Below, piece by piece: positions 45,957 to 55,969 of a DNA stretch of 64,000 nt. Source of the DNA: Patescibacteria group bacterium (GTDB taxonomy: Bacteria > Patescibacteriota > Patescibacteriia > Magasanikbacterales > JBBTQS01). Position 1 is the stretch's first letter; each line of letters opens with the position of its first letter. A model generated the notes under the pieces. That model made no database searches. It was given only the letters and a program-made list of their open reading frames with translations, and was not told where the DNA came from. Made by a program: the position numbers and the translations under genes. The stretch lies in contig JBBTQS010000001.1 in assembly GCA_038065555.1 (NCBI GenBank), positions 128,741-192,740 of the forward strand, in the 5' to 3' direction.

Positions 45957-48596
45957 CTAAACGTGAATTTCGATTGTCCCATTCTTGATTCCTACACGTA
46001 CTGATCCGGACTCAGTGAGACTCTGATCAATGATATGGCGCGCAATAGCGTCGCTCACTTCATGCTGAATCAGTCGGCGTAGTGGTCGTGCGCCAAAGTT
46101 CGGATCATATCCCTTCTTCGCCAAGTATTCGAGCGCTTCTAGGTCTACGGTGAGTGTGATTTTTTGCTCCTGCAGCCGGAGTGCGAGTTTCTTGATCTGC
46201 AAGTCTACGATTTCGCGAACTTGTGGTTCGGTAAGTGCGTGGAAAATAACCGTCTCGTCAACGCGGTTGAGAAATTCTGGCTTGAACTGTTCACGCAATG
46301 CACTGAGCACTCGCTCACGCATATGTGATTGCGCATCATCGGCTGTAGATTCTTTGCCAGTCGTATTGAATCCCAATCGTCCGCGCGATGCGAGGGAGAG
46401 GATATCGCTACTTCCGACATTACTCGTCATCACGATGATCGTGTTCTTGAAGTTCACCACTCGACCCTTTGCATCAGTCACGCGACCATCGTCAAGAATC
46501 TGCAACAAAATGTTGAAGATATCGGGATGTGCCTTTTCAATTTCGTCGAAGAGGATGACGGCATACGGACGTCGGCGGACGATTTCGGTGAGCTGGCCGC
46601 CTTCTTCGTAGCCAACGTATCCAGGAGGGGAGCCGATCATCTTGCTCGCGGTGTGACGCTCCATGTATTCACTCATGTCGAGTCTGATGAGCGCATTCTC
46701 GTCGTTGAACAAGAATTCTGCCAATGCGCGTGCAAGCTCTGTCTTGCCCACGCCCGTTGGTCCCAAGAAAATAAACGAACCCATCGGACGATTCGGCTCC
46801 GAAATTCCAGCGCGAGATCGGCGTACTGCGTTGGCAACTGCTGCGATCGCTTCTTGCTGTCCAACGACACGCTTGCCTAGCTCTGCTTCCATGGTGAGGA
46901 GCTTCTCAGATTCGTCGCGCAACATGCGCACCACAGGGATTCCTGTCCAGCGTGAGACAACGGCTGCAATGTCTTCGTCCGTGACTTCTTCTTTGAGGAT
47001 CTTGCGATCTTTTTGCACTTCAGCGAGCTTTTCCTGTGCGGTCTTGATCGCTTGTTCCATCATGGGGATTTTGCCATAGCGAATCTCGGCTACTTTTTGC
47101 AAATCACTCTGACGTTCTGCGATTTCTGCCTGTTGCTTGAGTGACTCGATTTGCTTCTTGTAGTCGCGAATCTTGGTAATAGATTCTTTTTCATTTTTCC
47201 AATGGAGTTCGAGTTCCATGGCCTGCTCCTTGATCTCAGCAAGATCCTTCTCGATTACCTGCAGACGCTCTTGTGAATCAGTGTCTAGTTCTTTTGCCAG
47301 TGCGCGCTTTTCTACCTCGAGCTTCACAATCTGTCGCTTGAGTTGATCGAGCTCGTCAGGCATGGAATCAATTTCCATGCGAATGGCAGAGGTTGCCTCG
47401 TCAATGAGATCAACAGCTTTGTCCGGGAGGAATCGGTCAGTGATGTAGCGCGCGGAGAGCTCTGCTGCTGCAACAAGTGCAGGATCGGTAATGCGTACGC
47501 CGTGGTGTACTTCGTACTTCTCCTTGATCCCACGAAGAATAGCAATCGTATCCTCGATGCTTGGCTCTGCCACCAGCACTGGCTGGAATCGACGCTCGAG
47601 CGCTGCATCCTTCTCAATGTACTTCTGGTATTCCTTGAGTGTTGTTGCGCCAATCATGTGGAGCTCACCGCGTGCAAGTGCTGGCTTGAGCAAATTCGCA
47701 GCATCAATTGCTCCTTCTGATCCACCAGCGCCAACAATGGTGTGCAACTCGTCCGCGAAGAGGATGATGCGACCCGCGGCATCAGTCACTTCCTTGAGCA
47801 CTGCCTTGAAACGCTCCTCGAATTCACCGCGGAATTTCGTTCCAGCAACGAGCGCGCCGATGTCGAGCGCAATGAGTTCTTTGCCCTTGAGACTCTCTGG
47901 AACGTCTCCTGCAACAATACGCTGTGCAAGTCCTTCAACGACAGCAGTCTTACCGACACCTGGCTCACCAATGAGTACTGGATTGTTCTTCGTTCGGCGC
48001 GTGAGCACCTGCATCACACGTCGAATCTGCATGTCACGCCCGATCACAGGATCGAGCTTTTCCTTGCGCGCAAGTTCGGTGAAATTCTTCCCGTACTTTT
48101 CGATTGCTTGATACGTTGCCTCTGGTTCGGGGGAGTCGACACGCTGTGAGCCACGAATATCTACAAGAACGCGCAACACGACATCATACGTGATCCCAGC
48201 ATCAGAGAGCTCATGCGAAAGCGCATTCTTGTGTGCCAAAAACGCCAAGAAGATGTGTTCGGTCGAAACAAATTCGTCCTTGAGTCGACGCGCTTCTTCG
48301 AGCGACTGTTGCAGGAGCGTTGCAACCTCCGGGCTCATATAGATCTGCCCGAGATTTCCCTGCGGCATTGTCTGTACCTCACTATGCTGATGCGTCTTCT
48401 TCGCAATCGTGGACTTGAAAGTAGCAAGAGGGACGTTCAATTTCTTAAAGATTGAAACCACCACACCGCCTTCTTGGTCAAGGAGCGCATAGAGGAGGTG
48501 ATGAAGCTCAATCTGGCCGTGCCCGGTCTCCGTTGCTATGGCAAAGGCACGCGTAATGGCTTCCTGAGATTTTGTGGTAAAATTGTGGGGAGTCAT
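45957..48596 (-). CDS. clpB: ATP-dependent chaperone ClpB.
   Basis: Two AAA+ modules ([18 protein letters not shown]), middle coiled-coil domain, N-terminal Clp_N repeats. 879 aa. Confidence 0.95.
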   Translation of the reverse strand: MTPHNFTTKSQEAITRAFAIATETGHGQIELHHLLYALLDQEGGVVVSIFKKLNVPLATFKSTIAKKTHQHSEVQTMPQGNLGQIYMSPEVATLLQQSLEEARRLKDEFVSTEHIFLAFLAHKNALSHELSDAGITYDVVLRVLVDIRGSQRVDSPEPEATYQAIEKYGKNFTELARKEKLDPVIGRDMQIRRVMQVLTRRTKNNPVLIGEPGVGKTAVVEGLAQRIVAGDVPESLKGKELIALDIGALVAGTKFRGEFEERFKAVLKEVTDAAGRIILFADELHTIVGAGGSEGAIDAANLLKPALARGELHMIGATTLKEYQKYIEKDAALERRFQPVLVAEPSIEDTIAILRGIKEKYEVHHGVRITDPALVAAAELSARYITDRFLPDKAVDLIDEATSAIRMEIDSMPDELDQLKRQIVKLEVEKRALAKELDTDSQERLQVIEKDLAEIKEQAMELELHWKNEKESITKIRDYKKQIESLKQQAEIAERQSDLQKVAEIRYGKIPMMEQAIKTAQEKLAEVQKDRKILKEEVTDEDIAAVVSRWTGIPVVRMLRDESEKLLTMEAELGKRVVGQQEAIAAVANAVRRSRAGISEPNRPMGSFIFLGPTGVGKTELARALAEFLFNDENALIRLDMSEYMERHTASKMIGSPPGYVGYEEGGQLTEIVRRRPYAVILFDEIEKAHPDIFNILLQILDDGRVTDAKGRVVNFKNTIIVMTSNVGSSDILSLASRGRLGFNTTGKESTADDAQSHMRERVLSALREQFKPEFLNRVDETVIFHALTEPQVREIVDLQIKKLALRLQEQKITLTVDLEALEYLAKKGYDPNFGARPLRRLIQHEVSDAIARHIIDQSLTESGSVRVGIKNGTIEIHV

Positions 48597-48605
48597 GTTG
48601 GTTGA

Positions 48606-48632
48606 TTAGCACTCGTTAGTCCAGAGTGCTAA
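48606..48632 (+). promoter_or_regulatory. CIRCE element (HrcA operator) in the clpB 5' region.
   Basis: TTAGCACTC-gttagtcca-GAGTGCTAA is a perfect match to the CIRCE consensus TTAGCACTC-N9-GAGTGCTAA, 10 nt upstream of the clpB start codon. Confidence 0.85.
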
Positions 48633-48674
48633 TATCAGCGTACCACACAGAATTACTACGTCAATAGTCCAAAA

Positions 48675-49403
48675 ATGCGCTTATTTAACATTGAATTTGC
48701 ATTCAAAAAACGTGCAGAAGCTTTAGAGGGGTACCGTCCATCGGGGAGGGAAGTACTGCATTGGGTTACACTTAATCCAGAGATGGCGCTTGCAGCCGCT
48801 GATGATCCAGAGCTGGCGAGTATTCTCGCGGGAGCGCCCCGTGTAGTTGCCGATGGCGTCGGATTGAGTTGGGTAGCCGTGGCAACGGGTCAGCCGCGTC
48901 CTGAGCGCTGCACAGGAGTGGAACTCGTAGAGCACTGGGCGCGGTCAGCGAACCGCATTTTTTTTCTTGGTGCTGGTCCAGATTCTAATATGGGAGCACT
49001 GGCTTGGTGTCGGTCGGTCAACCCCAAGGCAGAAATTGCGGGGACCGCTGCTATTTTTGTAAACAGTCTTGGGGAGTCTGCTGACACTCCTGCAGTACTT
49101 GCGCAAATCCAATCACTTCGCCCCGAGGTGATCTTTGTGGCACTTGGGCACAGCAAGCAGGAGAAGTGGATCCATAATACACTCTCGCAAATTCCTGGAC
49201 CGTGCGCAGTGATTGGCGTGGGTGGGTCCTTTGATACACTCTCTGGAGCTGTACGTCGTGCGCCTTGTTGGATGTCACGTGTTGGGGTAGAATGGCTATG
49301 GAGATTGTGTGTTGAACCCCAGCGTTTTTCACGTATTTGGAACGCGGTGATCATCTTCCCATTGCGCGCAATACGCTCGCACTTAACATCCCACATCCGA
49401 TGA
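48675..49403 (+). CDS. WecB/TagA/CpsF-family glycosyltransferase (GT26, N-acetylmannosaminyltransferase-like).
   Basis: VVADGVGLSW and C-terminal RVGVEWLWRLCVEPQRFSR motif typical of GT26. ATGA overlap with gltX. Confidence 0.75.
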   Translation: MRLFNIEFAFKKRAEALEGYRPSGREVLHWVTLNPEMALAAADDPELASILAGAPRVVADGVGLSWVAVATGQPRPERCTGVELVEHWARSANRIFFLGAGPDSNMGALAWCRSVNPKAEIAGTAAIFVNSLGESADTPAVLAQIQSLRPEVIFVALGHSKQEKWIHNTLSQIPGPCAVIGVGGSFDTLSGAVRRAPCWMSRVGVEWLWRLCVEPQRFSRIWNAVIIFPLRAIRSHLTSHIR

Positions 49404-50899
49404 GTTCCAGCACTTCTGTTCGCGTTCGATTTGCGCCAAGTCCAACCGGTGAGTTACATATTGGGGGAGCCCGAACAGCGCTCTATAATTTTTTGTTTGC
49501 GCGCCATCATGGTGGCACGTTTATTTTGCGTATCGAGGATACAGATCGCGAGCGGTTTGTCGCGGGGAGCGATGTGCGTATTTTCACAGCACTCTCTGCA
49601 CTTGGCATGACGCCAGACGAAGGCGCGGTGCTCTCTGCCGATGGAACAACAATTGTTGACAAGGGCGAGTTTGGTCCCTATGTACAATCGCAGCGACTCG
49701 CGATCTACCGGTCACACGCAGACCATCTCGTGGCGCACGGTCTCGCGTATCCTTGCTTTTGTACTGAAGAGCGGCTCACGCAGTTGCGCGAGACACAGCA
49801 GTTGGCAAAAACCAAAACAGGCTATGATCGACAGTGTCGCACGATTGATCCCGCAGATGCGCAATCACGCATCACAGCAGGTGAGCGACATGTATTGCGC
49901 ATGGCAATGCCTACGGAGGGGACTGTGACGTTCACTGACGTCATTCGAGGAGCCATTACCTTTGCGTATGCAGAATCAGATGATTATGTTTTGCTCAAAT
50001 CAGACGGGTATCCCACATATCACTTCGCCAACGTGGTCGATGATCACGCAATGCAGATCTCACATGTGATTCGCGCAGAAGAGTGGATTAGCTCGACTCC
50101 CAAGCATATTGCGTTGTACAAAGCGTTCGGTTGGGATCACCCCACGTTCGCGCATTTGCCAATTCTCATCAATCCTGATCGCAGCAAGCTCAGCAAGCGT
50201 CAGGGAGATGTTGCGGCAATGGATTACCTCAACAAGGGGTATTTGCCAGACGCACTCATTAATTTCATTGCACTTCTCGGATTCAATCCACGAGGCGATC
50301 AGGAGGTGTACACCATCCAAGAGTTGATCGAGGGATTCAATCTCGAAAAAGTTGGCGCATCAAGCACCATGTTCTCCCACGAGAAGCTGGACTGGCTCAA
50401 TCGGCAGTATTTGCAGCGTCTTTCGGACGATCAATGGATCGAGTTGATTACACCGGTATTGCGTGCCAAGGGTTGTACTGATTTTTCGCCACGATTATTG
50501 CGTGCTGTGGTCGGTATCGAACGCGAACGTATGCAAAAGGTTGCTGATGCAGGGGAGGAGAGCGGATTCTTGTTCCGCGAAATCGTTATCTCAGATCCTT
50601 CAATGCTCGTGTGGAAGAAATCAACAGCAGATGCAACTCGTGATATTCTCGCGTCACTTAATGCATTCTTGGGCACTCTTGCGGATGAGTCGTGGGATGA
50701 TATTACAACGTTCACTACAGCAGTCGAAGCATGGATTACGCAGCAAAATCTTGCAAAAGGTGATGTGCTGTGGCCGATGCGCGTTGCACTCACGGGACTC
50801 GAACGATCACCAGATCCATTTCGCGTTGCTGTTGCACACGGCAAACAAAAATCACTTGTCCTTTTAGCACGTGCGTATGAACTCCTTTCCAAGGCGTAA
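49400..50899 (+). CDS. gltX: Glutamyl-tRNA synthetase.
   Basis: RFAPSPTGELHIGGARTALYN (HIGH) and KLSKRQG (KMSKS). Confidence 0.92.
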   Translation: MSSSTSVRVRFAPSPTGELHIGGARTALYNFLFARHHGGTFILRIEDTDRERFVAGSDVRIFTALSALGMTPDEGAVLSADGTTIVDKGEFGPYVQSQRLAIYRSHADHLVAHGLAYPCFCTEERLTQLRETQQLAKTKTGYDRQCRTIDPADAQSRITAGERHVLRMAMPTEGTVTFTDVIRGAITFAYAESDDYVLLKSDGYPTYHFANVVDDHAMQISHVIRAEEWISSTPKHIALYKAFGWDHPTFAHLPILINPDRSKLSKRQGDVAAMDYLNKGYLPDALINFIALLGFNPRGDQEVYTIQELIEGFNLEKVGASSTMFSHEKLDWLNRQYLQRLSDDQWIELITPVLRAKGCTDFSPRLLRAVVGIERERMQKVADAGEESGFLFREIVISDPSMLVWKKSTADATRDILASLNAFLGTLADESWDDITTFTTAVEAWITQQNLAKGDVLWPMRVALTGLERSPDPFRVAVAHGKQKSLVLLARAYELLSKA

Positions 50900-52112
50900 A
50901 ATCTTTTTGCTCTTGCTTGTAGTGCTCGTGGGTCTTTTTGCATCTCCCATCACTCCGAGCATCACGCGGGTTTTTGCGGCAACGGATGAGGTGACAGCAC
51001 TGCAAAAGTCGATTGATGAGAAGAATGCGAAGATCAAAGAGATCCAGACCAAGATCGATAGTTACAAGAAGGTCATCGACAAGAAGAAGCTCGAGCGGGC
51101 GAGTCTCAACAACCAAGTTGATCTCATTACTAATCGCATCCAGAAGACACAGCTCGATATTGAGCAAACACAGCTACAGACAGAGGAGCTGACTCTCGAG
51201 CTCTCTGCAATCGAAATTACCCTCGAAGATACAGTGCAAAAGATTCGTGCCCAAGAGGTCTTTGTTGGTGCAATTTTGCGCAACATGCAGTCGCTTGACG
51301 CTCGCAACAGTGTTGAGGTGCTCGCTTCTGGCAAGAGCCTCACAGACTTCTTTGCGAATGTGCAACAGCACAAACAGCTTCAGCGCTCACTTGCAGATTC
51401 TACCCGGCTCCTGAGCAAGGCGCGTGCCGAGCTTGAAGCCACAAAAGTAGCAAAGGAGAGCAAGAAGCGCACCCTCTCACTTCTCGAAGAAGCATTGCAG
51501 GCCAAGAAGGAGTCCTTGTCAGGGGAGAAGAATGTGAAAAGTGTCTTGATCCAGGAGACGTCGTCTTCCGAAAAGAAATTCAACTCGCTCGTTGATAATT
51601 TGCGTCGTGAGTATGAGCGCACAGAGTCTGAAATCTCTTCTATCGAACGACAGATGCGCGCAAAGCTCGACAGTAAGTCGTTCGACGCCTCAACCCCACA
51701 GAATTTCACATGGCCAGTTCCGAGTCGCTACATCACAACGTACTTCCGTGATTCAGACTATCCGTATCGCCACGTATTCGAGCATTCAGGACTCGACATT
51801 CGAGCAGCACAAAAGACGCCGATCCGCGCTGCTAATTCTGGATTTGTAGCACGTGCGCAGCGCTGCAGTAGTTCATTGTGTTACTCATACACACTCATCG
51901 TGCACCAGAACCAAGTATCTACTCTCTACGGACACATGTCTTCGATCATTGTGAATGAAGGGGACTTCGTGACGCAGGGTGATATTATTGGCTATTCTGG
52001 AGGTACTCCTGGAACCGTTGGTGCAGGCCCGTTTGTAACTGGACCGCATTTGCACTTTGAGACGCGTGTGAATGGTATCCCGGTGAACCCACTTAATTAT
52101 GTTCAGCCTTAA
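50871..52112 (+). CDS. M23 family metallopeptidase with N-terminal coiled-coil (EnvC-like murein endopeptidase activator/hydrolase).
   Basis: Signal/TM, long heptad-repeat region, C-terminal HxxxD...GPHLHFE M23 motifs. Confidence 0.8.
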   Translation: MRMNSFPRRKIFLLLLVVLVGLFASPITPSITRVFAATDEVTALQKSIDEKNAKIKEIQTKIDSYKKVIDKKKLERASLNNQVDLITNRIQKTQLDIEQTQLQTEELTLELSAIEITLEDTVQKIRAQEVFVGAILRNMQSLDARNSVEVLASGKSLTDFFANVQQHKQLQRSLADSTRLLSKARAELEATKVAKESKKRTLSLLEEALQAKKESLSGEKNVKSVLIQETSSSEKKFNSLVDNLRREYERTESEISSIERQMRAKLDSKSFDASTPQNFTWPVPSRYITTYFRDSDYPYRHVFEHSGLDIRAAQKTPIRAANSGFVARAQRCSSSLCYSYTLIVHQNQVSTLYGHMSSIIVNEGDFVTQGDIIGYSGGTPGTVGAGPFVTGPHLHFETRVNGIPVNPLNYVQP

Positions 52113-52264
52113 TTTGTAGTCAATTTGTCCTATGGCCGGAGCCAAAAAACCAGAGTATTCAGCATTCGTCTTTATTCTCCTGGTGTTCTACGGGCTACTT
52201 CTGTGGCTCGCAACATTCATCTGGAGTGCAATTGGCAACTAGGTGCAGACAAAATACGAATACA

Positions 52265-52292
52265 AAAAAGCACCTGCAGAGGTGCTTTTTTG
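52265..52292. terminator. Bidirectional rho-independent terminator between convergent genes.
   Basis: aaaaa-agcacct-gcag-aggtgct-tttttt: a GC stem flanked by an A-run and a T-run. Confidence 0.65.
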
Positions 52293-52302
52293 TATCGAGT
52301 CA

Positions 52303-53580
52303 CTACTGTGCAGTATGTACGCGTGTACCAATCACCTTGGACTCAGTGTAGACCTCAGCATCGCCACCAACGATGAGCTGCTCTACAGCAGTGGTGAAGA
52401 TTTCTCCGTCCATTCGGTCAATGTCCATGTTCTCGAGGCCTTTGAGTACCACAGCGAACACTCGTTGACCACCTGAGACAACAGAGATATCGAGGAACGA
52501 GAACTTTTGTGTTTGGAGTCCATTGCGAATTGATGTGCCACCTGCAACGTTCTTGAATGTGACAACCGAGCCGAAGTCAACTGATCCTGGTGTGACGTCG
52601 ACGATCTCAATCGTTTTTGCAATCATGTCAGAGGCACTGTTAGCAGTCTCGAATGCAAACCACAGCTCCTGGATATGCTGCGTAGTCGCAGAATTGTTGT
52701 AGATAAAGAATCGACCCACTTCAATATTTTCCTTTCGCAGAGCGCCTTGTGTTGGAGCACCGGAGTGCGCTGCAATATAGAGATCATAGTATGTCACAAA
52801 CGTCCCAGACTCCTCGATGCGGTCCCTACCTTCGCTGTCAGCGATGGTGATGGTATATGCGTACTTGGAGCGTGGCGCAAGAGCACCGAGCGTAAAGGTG
52901 TGTGTGGTGTTCGCTGTTGTAGATTTGCGAGTGATCGTCTGTAGTGCTCCACCATCGATAGGGCGGTAGGAGAGAGTCACTGTAGAGGGTGCAGTGGTCT
53001 GCAGTCGAATATCACCTGCAGTCTTGCTTGTTGCGGTGAATGATCGTGACACAATATCAAATGCAACAGGCTCTTGCTCAACAGGTGGTGTAGATGTCGG
53101 TGTCTCGACCGGAGAAGCGGGGAGTGTGCCAACAATCTTGTAACTGGTAAAGAAGCCATCTGGGATGTCACGGACTTCGTTGAACTGCTTACCCAGTGCA
53201 AGGAATTCTTTTTCTGTTGGGATGGCGGTGAGCTCGAGGTCACCAGACACCAAATACACGGTAGGGAGTGACGGAGATTTTACGACACTACCAGTCTTGA
53301 AGCTCTTCACTCGTCGAACGGGGAGCGTTGCGAGTGTTTCGAGTGAGACAACTTTGACTGCTGCGAAGTTCTTGCCATACCAGGACTCGTAGACCGACTG
53401 CATTTGAAAAACAAGACGAGAGTCATCAGAACCAATTTCGTACACAGTAGAGGAGCCAGCTGTCTTCACCAGGTCGCCTGCGACTAACCCTTGAGCAACC
53501 TGTGCCGACGCGCTTTGCGGTGAGAGTAAGAAAGCAAGGGTCGCAAGGAGCAACAGAGGTCGTGAAGCAGATGTTCGCAT
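52303..53580 (-). CDS. Secreted protein with signal peptide and two N-terminal copies of the same ~55-aa repeat found in 44518-45915, then a Thr/Ser-rich region and a beta-rich C-terminal domain.
   Basis: Signal peptide RPLLLLATLAFLLSPQSASA. Repeats GDLVKTAGSSTVYEIGSDDSRLVF... and GSVVKSPSLPTVYLVSGDLELTAIPTEKEFLALGKQF... Confidence 0.55.
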   Translation of the reverse strand: MRTSASRPLLLLATLAFLLSPQSASAQVAQGLVAGDLVKTAGSSTVYEIGSDDSRLVFQMQSVYESWYGKNFAAVKVVSLETLATLPVRRVKSFKTGSVVKSPSLPTVYLVSGDLELTAIPTEKEFLALGKQFNEVRDIPDGFFTSYKIVGTLPASPVETPTSTPPVEQEPVAFDIVSRSFTATSKTAGDIRLQTTAPSTVTLSYRPIDGGALQTITRKSTTANTTHTFTLGALAPRSKYAYTITIADSEGRDRIEESGTFVTYYDLYIAAHSGAPTQGALRKENIEVGRFFIYNNSATTQHIQELWFAFETANSASDMIAKTIEIVDVTPGSVDFGSVVTFKNVAGGTSIRNGLQTQKFSFLDISVVSGGQRVFAVVLKGLENMDIDRMDGEIFTTAVEQLIVGGDAEVYTESKVIGTRVHTAQ

Positions 53581-53727
53581 AGATGGATCGTCCTTAATGG
53601 AGTCAGTATACACTAATTGGAGGAGCAAAGAAACAGTTTTTGGAACTGCGTATTATTGTGTCGCACAATATATCTTATACGACACCACAGGATCGCACTT
53701 CAAAAACCACAGGTCTTACTTTACAGC

Positions 53728-54744
53728 TTATTTGCGTAGAATTACTTCACCAGGCCGCCTGAGGTCTAGTTGTCGGTAGCTGGCAGCCTTCTCTAGACGC
53801 AGGTACTCATATAGCAGTTCATTCTGGGACTCAAACGAACTTCGCAGATCGTACCAATACGTAATTTCTGATCCGCCGCGGCGTGAGTCCAGGATAACAT
53901 ATCCGAGGCTATATGGATCACCGACAGGGTCGTACACCAGGTACTGGAGATCCTCGGGCAAGACCTGTCCTCTCTCTCGGTGGAGAGCAGATCTTGTTAG
54001 TGTCGTAAAATCTATGAACTTAGGGAAGAGGGTTGTTGCAATCGGTGACGTTCCAGAATCTGTTTCCCATGAGCGAAGTACAATTGCTGGTACACCGAGT
54101 TTCTTACTCTCCGACAGCAGTGATGCTCGAGCACTCACAGGCACGAGTGTTGTCACTGCAGCCACTACGGTTGATGTGGACGACGTAGCGCTTACACTTC
54201 CCTCCCCCATCTTCTGCGCCACAGGTGCTGCAGCTGTTGCGAGTTGTGTCACTGCACCTTGTGTGGTAATTCGCACAACACGTGTACCATAGAGCGCTAC
54301 AACACTGTCACTTTTTTCTACGAGCTGCACCTGGAGTGTATTTGGGAACTTCTTCACAACGCTGATGGACTGGAGTGGGAACCGCTCGCGAATAGTCGCC
54401 TCCAACTCCCCCGTCGAGAAGAGAAAGTAGTTCCCACGGAGTGACAGTGCACCGCTGCCGCGTATTTCCTGGAGCACTGCTTCGCGGTATTGCGCTTCAT
54501 TTTTTGTTTCACTTGCTTCAACGGAGAGGTGGCGAAGGAAGAAATATGGATGCCACAAAAGTAACGCCATCCAGCCGACCAAAATAAGTATCAGTACTCC
54601 TGTCAGAAAACGCGGCGTGCGCCACCATGGGAGTGCAGGAGCAACAAAACGATCTCGGACATAGACTTTCTCTGTGTCCGAGGCGTTCCAACTCCGTTGA
54701 TATCTATTACGCCGCTTGTTGCGGTTCCATACGTTCCCCTCCAT
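53728..54744 (-). CDS. ftsQ: Cell division protein FtsQ/DivIB-like (POTRA domain).
   Basis: Arg-rich cytoplasmic N-terminus, single TM (VLILILVGWMALLLW), POTRA-like IRERFPLQSISVVKKFPNTLQVQLVEK. Confidence 0.55.
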   Translation of the reverse strand: MEGNVWNRNKRRNRYQRSWNASDTEKVYVRDRFVAPALPWWRTPRFLTGVLILILVGWMALLLWHPYFFLRHLSVEASETKNEAQYREAVLQEIRGSGALSLRGNYFLFSTGELEATIRERFPLQSISVVKKFPNTLQVQLVEKSDSVVALYGTRVVRITTQGAVTQLATAAAPVAQKMGEGSVSATSSTSTVVAAVTTLVPVSARASLLSESKKLGVPAIVLRSWETDSGTSPIATTLFPKFIDFTTLTRSALHRERGQVLPEDLQYLVYDPVGDPYSLGYVILDSRRGGSEITYWYDLRSSFESQNELLYEYLRLEKAASYRQLDLRRPGEVILRK

Positions 54745-55969
54745 AGTATGGTCGCAGCACCTCCGGGATCGTAACCGATCCGTCTTCGTGCTGGAAATTC
54801 TCAAGAATAGCGAGCATGGTGCGATCTGCCGTCACAGTGTTATTGAGTGCATGCGCAAGTACTGACTTACCCTCAGCGTCCTTCATGCGAATATTCAATC
54901 GACGTGTTTGGTAATCTGTTGTGTTGCTCGCGCTGCCGACTTCGCGATATCGATTCTGTCCTGGGAACCAGGCTTCGATGTCGATGGTCTTTGCACTTTG
55001 CGCACCTGTGTCACCGCTGCACAACTGCAATGTACGAAATGCAATACCAAGCGATCGATAGAAGTCACAAGAAATCGCAACCATTTGTGCGTGGTAGTCC
55101 CATGACTCAGATGGAGCGCACAATACGACCATTTCAACCTTGTTGAACTGGTGCACGCGCAAAATGCCTTTTGTGTCCTTACCATAGCTGCCAGCTTCAC
55201 GACGGAAGCATGGGGAATACCCAACATACTTGCGTGCGCCTTGCGCCAATGGAAGTGACTCGTCCGCGTGCATCGCCATGAGTGCCTGCTCTGAGGTACC
55301 GATCAAGTAGAGATTATCCTCACCTGGATTCACTGCGTACACTTCGTTGCGACCATTAGGGAAATACCCTGTTCCATAGAGCGCCTGCTCCCCCACAAGA
55401 ATCGGAGGCAACGTGAGTGTGAATCCGCGCTCCATCATGAAATCCATCGCGTAGTTCATCAGCGCTCGCTCGAGGCGAGCCACCGAACCACGCAAGTAAT
55501 AAAACCGCGATCCAGCAACCTTGGCACCACGCTCAATATCAATACCGTTGGCTGCTGCAATATCGAAGTGTTCCTTAGGCGTAAATGTAAATGTAGGAAT
55601 CTCACCTTCTTGGGAGAGCTCTACGTTCTGCTCCTCGCCAGGACCAACAGGTACGGACACATCGAGCACGTTTGGAATCGATGCTAGTAGCGCCTTGCGT
55701 TGAGCATCTGTTGCAGCAAGGGCTTCTTCGAGTGTTTGAATATGTGTTCGGAGCTCCTGGAGCGCGGCGATCTCCTCAGGTGAAGGCTTGGACTTGGAGC
55801 GTGCATTACGATCGCTACGTAGCTGATTAATCTCCGTGTCAGCAGCGCGCCATGTCTCGTCAAGCGCAACAATCTGCTCAACCACGGGGATGAGCTGTTC
55901 TTTGTTACGATGTCGAAGACTGGTAATCAAATCCTCCTTGCGTTCTCGAATGTAGATAGGATCAATCAT
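54707..55969 (-). CDS. serS: Seryl-tRNA synthetase.
   Basis: N-terminal coiled-coil arm and class II motifs (FRREAGSYGKDTKGILRVHQF, GSASNTTDYQTRR). Start at MIDPIYIRE. Confidence 0.92.
   Translation of the reverse strand: MIDPIYIRERKEDLITSLRHRNKEQLIPVVEQIVALDETWRAADTEINQLRSDRNARSKSKPSPEEIAALQELRTHIQTLEEALAATDAQRKALLASIPNVLDVSVPVGPGEEQNVELSQEGEIPTFTFTPKEHFDIAAANGIDIERGAKVAGSRFYYLRGSVARLERALMNYAMDFMMERGFTLTLPPILVGEQALYGTGYFPNGRNEVYAVNPGEDNLYLIGTSEQALMAMHADESLPLAQGARKYVGYSPCFRREAGSYGKDTKGILRVHQFNKVEMVVLCAPSESWDYHAQMVAISCDFYRSLGIAFRTLQLCSGDTGAQSAKTIDIEAWFPGQNRYREVGSASNTTDYQTRRLNIRMKDAEGKSVLAHALNNTVTADRTMLAILENFQHEDGSVTIPEVLRPYYGGERMEPQQAA

Noticed and set aside
52125-52376. 83-aa ORF in the gap between the M23 peptidase and the convergent secreted protein.
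   Set aside because: Spans the bidirectional terminator hairpin and overlaps the convergent gene's 3' end. No start-site support.
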